Of a DNA stretch of 64,000 nucleotides, positions 58,591-64,000 are shown in pieces. The position numbers and the translations under genes were made by a program. Position 1 is the stretch's first letter; every line of letters starts with the position of its first letter. A model generated the notes under the pieces. It did not search any database. It was not told where the DNA came from and worked only from the letters and a program-made list of their open reading frames with translations. The stretch spans positions 1,248,001-1,312,000 of the forward strand of contig CAWEZH010000002.1 in the NCBI GenBank assembly GCA_963813535.1, read 5' to 3'. The DNA is from an uncultured Chloroflexia bacterium. Its GTDB lineage: Bacteria > Chloroflexota > Limnocylindria > Limnocylindrales > CSP1-4.

Positions 58591-59346
58591 GTGAGTACCC
58601 AACCCCTCGTTCTCGTCGCCGACGACGAGCCTCGCATCACGAAGCTTGTTTCGATCGCGCTCGGCGAGGAAGGGTTCCGCGTCGTGACCGCGAGTGGTGG
58701 TGAGGACGCCCTCCAGAAAGCCGAGGAGGTTCGGCCCGATATCGTCCTCCTCGACATCGTCATGCCCGACCTCGACGGGATCGAGGTCATGCGCCAGCTG
58801 CGCGAGCGTCGGCCCGTGGCGGTCATCCTGCTGACGGCCAAGGGCTCGACCGCCGACAAGGCCAAGGGCCTCGACCTCGGCGCCGACGACTACATCGCCA
58901 AGCCGTTCCACCCCGACGAGCTCGCGGCACGCGTGCGTGCGGTGCTGCGCCGATCATCGGGCGCCAGCCCGGGCTCGGGCGTGCTCGCGTTCGACGACAT
59001 CGAGATCGACCTCGAGCGGCGGATGGTGACCCGCAACGGGGAACTGGTGCAGCTTTCCCGCACGGAATGGTTGCTGTTGCAGCACCTGGCCGCGAATGCC
59101 GGCAAGGTCGTCCTGCACACCGAGCTGCTCACCAAGGTGTGGGGCCCGGAGTACCGCGACGACCTGCAGTACCTGCGGGTCTGGGTGTCGCGCGTCCGCC
59201 GTAAGCTAGGCGCCGAGCCCGGCGAGCCGGGTCGGATCAAGACCTTCCAGGGCATCGGCTACTTGCTCGATGTCCAGCCGCCGACGCCACCCGAGACGGT
59301 CCAGGCGACACCGACCCAGGACGAGGAGTCCGCGCTCATCGGCTAG
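58591..59346 (+). CDS. Orphan OmpR/PhoB family response regulator
   Basis: LVADDE, LDIVMP, GADDYIAKPF; wHTH LSRTEW..VWG..LRVWVSRVRRKLG..GIGY. Confidence 0.95.
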   Translation: MSTQPLVLVADDEPRITKLVSIALGEEGFRVVTASGGEDALQKAEEVRPDIVLLDIVMPDLDGIEVMRQLRERRPVAVILLTAKGSTADKAKGLDLGADDYIAKPFHPDELAARVRAVLRRSSGASPGSGVLAFDDIEIDLERRMVTRNGELVQLSRTEWLLLQHLAANAGKVVLHTELLTKVWGPEYRDDLQYLRVWVSRVRRKLGAEPGEPGRIKTFQGIGYLLDVQPPTPPETVQATPTQDEESALIG

Positions 59347-59355
59347 GCTCCATCG

Positions 59356-59961
59356 ATGCAGCGCTACTCGCCCACGACGGCGCTCGTCATCGTCGACGTC
59401 CAGAACGACTTCGCCGACCCGAAGGGCAGCCTGTATGTCAGGGGCGGTGAGGCCGTCGCCGGCATCATCAACGGCGAGATCGCCATGGCGGCGTCGGCGG
59501 GTGCGTCGATCGTCGCCACACAGGACTGGCATCCCGAGTCGACGCCCCATTTCGAGAAGGACGGGGGCATCTGGCCGGTCCACTGCGTCGGCGACACGTG
59601 GGGCGCCGAGCTGCATCCGGATCTCGCCCTGCCGGAAGAATCGCCACGGGTCCGCAAGGGCACCAACGGCGAGGACGGCTACTCGGGCTTCACGATGCGC
59701 GATCCGACATCCGGCGAGGAGATGCCGACGGAGCTCGACCGGCTCCTCCGCGACCGTGGGGTCGCTCAAGTCGTGGTCGTCGGCCTCGCGACCGACTACT
59801 GCGTCTCCGCTACGGCCCTCGACGCGGTGCGGCTCGGCTACGACACCTCCGTGCTGAGTGACGCGGTCGCGGCGGTCGATCTCAAGGAGGGCGACGGCGA
59901 TCGGGCGCTCCAGACCATGCGCGACGCTGGTGTCGTGATGTGGCAGACGCGGATGCGCTGA
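59356..59961 (+). CDS. pncA: Nicotinamidase/pyrazinamidase
   Basis: VDVQNDF, DWH, WPVHC, GLATDYCV. Confidence 0.92.
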   Translation: MQRYSPTTALVIVDVQNDFADPKGSLYVRGGEAVAGIINGEIAMAASAGASIVATQDWHPESTPHFEKDGGIWPVHCVGDTWGAELHPDLALPEESPRVRKGTNGEDGYSGFTMRDPTSGEEMPTELDRLLRDRGVAQVVVVGLATDYCVSATALDAVRLGYDTSVLSDAVAAVDLKEGDGDRALQTMRDAGVVMWQTRMR

Positions 59962-59971
59962 CCGACGACGC

Positions 59972-60874
59972 GTGCAGCTTCACCTCGTCGACGCCACCTA
60001 CGAGCTCTTCCGGGCCCACTACGCACCCCGGCCGCCCGTTCTCGGGCGTGATGGCGTGGTGCTGTCCGGCGTGTCGGGGCTGGCGGAGCAGATGCTGTAC
60101 CTGCTCCGCGAGGAGGGCGCGACCCACCTCGGTTGCGCGACCGACCGTGTCATCGAGTCGTTCCGCAACGACCTCTTCGCGGCGTACAAGTCGTCGGCTG
60201 GTATGCCCCGCGACCTGCTCGCCCAGTTCCCGATCGCCGAGGCCGCGGTCGAGGCGCTCGGGATCACCCTCTGGCCGATGGTCGAATGGGAGGCCGACGA
60301 CGCGATCGCAGCCGCTGCGGTCCGCTTCGCGGCCGACCCGCGAGTCGAACGGATCCTCATCTGCACGCCGGACAAGGACATGGCCCAGCTGGTCCAGGAC
60401 GACCGGGTCGTGCTGTGGGACCGGCGCCGCAACCTCACCTACGACGACGCAGGTGTTCGCACCAAGTGGGGCGTGCCACCGGCCTCGATCCCGGACTACC
60501 TCGCCGTCGTCGGCGACTCGTCGGACGGCTATCCGGGGATCCCCGGCTGGGGCGCGAAAGGCGCTGCCGCGGTGCTGGCCACGTACGGACATCTCGAAGG
60601 GATACCCGAGCGGGCATCGACCTGGGAGGTGCCCGGCGTCACTGGTGGTCGGGCGATGACGCTAGCCGCCTCACTCCGCGATCACATGGACGAGGCGTTC
60701 CTGTACCGCGACCTTGCCCGCCTGCGAACGACCGACGACGGTGTCCAGATCCGCCAGACCGATCCCGAGGAGCTGCGCTGGGATGGAGCACCCCGCGCGA
60801 CCTGGGAAGCCTTCTGCGACGAATGGGGTCTGGACCGGCTGCGCAAGCGCCCCCATCGCTGGCTGGACGAGTAG
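59972..60874 (+). CDS. Standalone 5'-3' exonuclease (flap endonuclease)
   Basis: LVD, SFRND..YK, EADD, DKD, GDSSDGYPGIPGWGAK (H3TH). Confidence 0.93.
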   Translation: MQLHLVDATYELFRAHYAPRPPVLGRDGVVLSGVSGLAEQMLYLLREEGATHLGCATDRVIESFRNDLFAAYKSSAGMPRDLLAQFPIAEAAVEALGITLWPMVEWEADDAIAAAAVRFAADPRVERILICTPDKDMAQLVQDDRVVLWDRRRNLTYDDAGVRTKWGVPPASIPDYLAVVGDSSDGYPGIPGWGAKGAAAVLATYGHLEGIPERASTWEVPGVTGGRAMTLAASLRDHMDEAFLYRDLARLRTTDDGVQIRQTDPEELRWDGAPRATWEAFCDEWGLDRLRKRPHRWLDE

Positions 60875-60876
60875 CG

Positions 60877-61701
60877 CTACTTCACCAGGTCGAGCAACGT
60901 CCCGTGATGCGGATCCGGGGCGGCGATCACCCCGATCGACTTCGGCACGTGCGAGATGTCGAACCACGGGCCGCCGTCCATCGCCGTCACCCGTGCGCCA
61001 CCCCGCTCGGCGATCAGCCCCGCCGCCGCGATGTCCCACGCCGACAGGCCGCCCTGCTGGATGAATGCATCGAACCGACCGTTGCCGACATAGGCCAACG
61101 CGAGCGCCGCGGAGCCCATCGAGCGCGGGATACGGATCGCCTTGCGCACGTTCCGGATCCGCCCCGCCACCGAGCGGCCGGAGAGCGCCATCGAGACGAC
61201 GAAATCGATCAGGTTCTCCTTGTCCGACGCCCGCATGGCCTGGCTCTCCGTCCCCAGCGTCGACATGTGGATGGCCGGCCCATCGGCTCTGGCGGCGAAC
61301 GTCTCGGCTCGGGTCGGGTCGTGTACGACACCCACCCGCGGCTCGCCATCGACGACCAGGGCGATCGAGACACAGAAGAAGGGGATGCCGTTCGCGTAGT
61401 TCACGGTGCCGTCGAGCGGATCGATGATCCACACCCTCCCCCGCCCCGAGGTCGGTGCCTCGCCCGCGACCGCGTGATGCTCGCCACTCTCCTCGGCCAG
61501 GATCGCGTCTGTCGGGTGGTAGGTCCGGATCGACTCGATGATGAGTTCCTCGGAGAGGTGATCAGCTTCTGTCACGACGTCCCGGGCACTCTTGTAGTCG
61601 ATGCGCTCGAGACGCTCGTAGCGATCCATCAGGATCTCGCCGGCCCGCGCCGCCAGGGCGACGGCGAACTCGAGGTCCTCGGGCGGACGCGAGCTGGTCA
61701 C
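60877..61701 (-). CDS. Inositol monophosphatase family protein
   Basis: VTEAD, AEES, WIIDPLDGTVNY, WDIAAAGLI. Confidence 0.93.
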   Translation of the reverse strand: MTSSRPPEDLEFAVALAARAGEILMDRYERLERIDYKSARDVVTEADHLSEELIIESIRTYHPTDAILAEESGEHHAVAGEAPTSGRGRVWIIDPLDGTVNYANGIPFFCVSIALVVDGEPRVGVVHDPTRAETFAARADGPAIHMSTLGTESQAMRASDKENLIDFVVSMALSGRSVAGRIRNVRKAIRIPRSMGSAALALAYVGNGRFDAFIQQGGLSAWDIAAAGLIAERGGARVTAMDGGPWFDISHVPKSIGVIAAPDPHHGTLLDLVK

Positions 61702-62183
61702 GGCGTCCGGCACGTGACCTCCAGTTCGGTGGGCGTGGAGCCGAATTCGGTGACGATTGCCTCGAAGGTGCGCCGCTCGTGGGATCCCAGCCGCGGGCTC
61801 GTCACGAAGGCCGCGGCCCCGGTGCCGCCATCCCCGGCCCGGTTGATCCGGCACGTCGTCTGTCCGCCCGAATCCCCGTCGTTCGTGACGCTCAGCGTGA
61901 CGGCGAGCCCGTCACCTGCAGTCGTCACGGCGTCGACCGTCGCGGGGAACGGCCCGATCCCGGCGACCGACAGGCGCGCGGCGACGGCCAACAGGGCGAT
62001 GGCCACCGCGACGGCGACGAACACCGATCCGTGGACCTGACCGGACGCCACATCGCGCAGCCCGAGGGGGTTGCACTCATCGCACAGGCCGACCCCGGGA
62101 CCGACCGGAGCGCCACAGCGGGCGCATGGATGGGTCGGTTCGGCCGGACCCGCAGCGCGTGGAGCCGAGGTCGTCGGGGTCAC
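61698..62183 (-). CDS. Hypothetical Zn-ribbon plus TM protein
   Basis: CARCG...LCDEC followed by a hydrophobic helix. Confidence 0.7.
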   Translation of the reverse strand: MTPTTSAPRAAGPAEPTHPCARCGAPVGPGVGLCDECNPLGLRDVASGQVHGSVFVAVAVAIALLAVAARLSVAGIGPFPATVDAVTTAGDGLAVTLSVTNDGDSGGQTTCRINRAGDGGTGAAAFVTSPRLGSHERRTFEAIVTEFGSTPTELEVTCRTP

Positions 62184-62234
62184 GGTCCGATGGTGCCACG
62201 AAACGGTCGCTCGCCCTCGACCGGGCGAGTCGTG

Positions 62235-63083
62235 TCACCAGCGCGCGACGGACTCCACGAGCGCGTCGATGTCAGCGGTCGAGCGGGCGGTGACGATCGC
62301 ACCATCGGCGCCGGCCTCCCGCCAGCGCTCCCATTCGTCGCGCGGTTCGTGTACCCACGGCGAGTCCAGGATCGTGCTGGGGTCCTTGTCCCAGGTGCTT
62401 CCCTGGAACCCGACGAGGACGGTCTGGTCATCGCGTTCTTTGCCCGCCGCCTCGAGGCCCTCGAGGTACACGGGCAGGTTCTCCACGAAGTTGTCGTCGA
62501 ACGCGGTCCAGCCATCGCCGATGCGTGCCGCGAGCGCGGCACCCGCCCGCGTCTCGCCGCCGACGATGATCGGCGGCGGCGGATCGGGGACCGGGAACGC
62601 CACGGCATCGCGGAGCGGATAGTGGGGCGACGGCCGCGAAACCGGCCCGCCCGTCCACAGCGCCCGGATGACCCCGACGGCCTCCTCCAGTCGGACCACG
62701 CGTTCGGGTGCGGGCGGAAAGTCGATGCCGTAGGCCTCGTGCTCCTTCGGGGCGCCGCCGATGCCGATGCCCAGCACCAGCCGGCCTCCCGTCGCGATCT
62801 GGAGCGTGGACGCCATGCGGGCGACCACGGCCGGGTGTCGGTTCATGACATTCATGACGAACGTGCCGACCGTTGCCCGGCGCGTTTGCGCCGCAGCGAG
62901 GGTCAGGATGGTCCACGACTCGACGACGGGTACGGTCGGATCGCCTCTGCCGACGAAGTGGTCCCAGCACCACAGGCCCGCGAACCCCGCTTCGTCGAGC
63001 CGGCGCGCGCTCTCAAGCCACCAACCCGGCGTGGCACGGATCGACCGGATGCAGACCCCGATGGGCAGGCGCTCGTCGGTCAC
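62235..63083 (-). CDS. LLM-class flavin-dependent oxidoreductase
   Basis: WCWDHF, RHPAVVA, GRLVLGIG, PPIIVGG. Confidence 0.92.
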   Translation of the reverse strand: MTDERLPIGVCIRSIRATPGWWLESARRLDEAGFAGLWCWDHFVGRGDPTVPVVESWTILTLAAAQTRRATVGTFVMNVMNRHPAVVARMASTLQIATGGRLVLGIGIGGAPKEHEAYGIDFPPAPERVVRLEEAVGVIRALWTGGPVSRPSPHYPLRDAVAFPVPDPPPPIIVGGETRAGAALAARIGDGWTAFDDNFVENLPVYLEGLEAAGKERDDQTVLVGFQGSTWDKDPSTILDSPWVHEPRDEWERWREAGADGAIVTARSTADIDALVESVARW

Positions 63084-63988
63084 CGACGCGAGAGATCCGT
63101 CTCGAACAACCGCACGTCCTCGGCGGCGATGGCGTGGCCGTCGCCGCGCGTCGGACCGAGCGCGGCGCGCGCGCCCAGCGAGTCGAGATCCGCCGGGAAC
63201 CGCCCGATCAGGTCGAGGACGACCTTCTGGATCCGCTCGGCGTTCGCCTGGAAGACCTCGAGGACATCGGTCGCATTGACCGCGTCGGTGCCTTCGTGCA
63301 CGCCTGCGTCGTAGTCGGTGATCAGGCTGATGTTCACGACCGCGATCCCGAGCTCGCGGCACAGCCACGCCTCGGGATACTGGGTCATGTTGATGACCTC
63401 CCAGCCCGCATCGGAGAACCACTTCGACTCGGCCTTGGTCGAGAACCGCGGACCCTGGATGACCACCACCGTGCCACGCTCGTGGACCTCGATGCCGTGG
63501 TCGCGGATGGTCTCGATCGTCAACTGGCGCAGGACGGGGTCGTACGTCTCGGCCGAGGACAGGTGCGTGACGATCGGCCCGTCGTAGAAGGTATCCGCAC
63601 GGCCGGACGTGCGATCGACGAACTGGTCGCACACGACGAAGTCGCCCGGCTTGACGTCGAGCGCGAGCGACCCGGCGGCACATGGTGAGATCGCCGCCTT
63701 GACTCCGAGTGACTTCATGGCCCAGACATTCGCGCGGTAGTTGATGCGGTGGGGCGGGATCGTATGGCGACGCCCGTGGCGCGGGAGGAAGGCCACCCGC
63801 CGGCCGCCAACGTCGGCCAGGAACAGTGAATCGGACGGAGCGCCATACGGGGTGTCGACCTTGATCTCGCGCACGTCGTCGAGCAGCGCGTAGAACCCCG
63901 AACCTCCGAAGACGCCGATCTCCGCCGTGTCCGCCACCCGTCCCTCCGTTCGTGCTGGTCGGTCCCCCGTCGAGGTCGCCTGCGTCAA
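63080..63988 (-). CDS. mtnP: S-methyl-5'-thioadenosine phosphorylase
   Basis: GVFGGSGFY, TPYGAPS, FLPRHG, INYRAN, GPRFSTKAES, NMT, TDYD. Confidence 0.95.
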   Translation of the reverse strand: MTQATSTGDRPARTEGRVADTAEIGVFGGSGFYALLDDVREIKVDTPYGAPSDSLFLADVGGRRVAFLPRHGRRHTIPPHRINYRANVWAMKSLGVKAAISPCAAGSLALDVKPGDFVVCDQFVDRTSGRADTFYDGPIVTHLSSAETYDPVLRQLTIETIRDHGIEVHERGTVVVIQGPRFSTKAESKWFSDAGWEVINMTQYPEAWLCRELGIAVVNISLITDYDAGVHEGTDAVNATDVLEVFQANAERIQKVVLDLIGRFPADLDSLGARAALGPTRGDGHAIAAEDVRLFETDLSRR

Positions 63989-64000
63989 GTATGCCGGGCT

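Overview
A 64 kb GC-rich bacterial chromosomal segment with about 65 CDS. I found no rRNA, tRNA, CRISPR array, integrase or transposase. The gene mix and protein style suggest a GC-rich monoderm such as Chloroflexota (Limnocylindria-like) or Actinomycetota; this is inference only. Contents include msrA, a NarL-type two-component pair, a GntR-controlled GH4/ABC sugar cluster, a class A PBP, a DUF3090/SCO1664 pair, a TM0106 nuclease-helicase, a large PT-repeat surface protein, a general-stress-like island (GlsB, SRPBCC, CsbD-like, topoisomerase IB, GT4), aceE, an orphan OmpR-family regulator, pncA and mtnP. Five genes are split by small frameshifts, most likely assembly indels. Main discoveries: (1) an 11-bp-period direct-repeat box (TGYNAY-N5-TGYAAY) at 10 intergenic sites, usually 49-50 bp upstream of a -10-like hexamer, defining a probable multi-kinase OmpR-type stress regulon; (2) a candidate anti-Shine-Dalgarno sRNA inside that regulon; (3) three diverged orphan copies of the msrA 3' end, interleaved with cargo genes, suggesting serial gene capture with tail displacement, plus a weaker similar scar at DUF3090; (4) a Pro-rich, signal-peptide-like protein fused to an XRE HTH domain; (5) two probable CTG-start genes.
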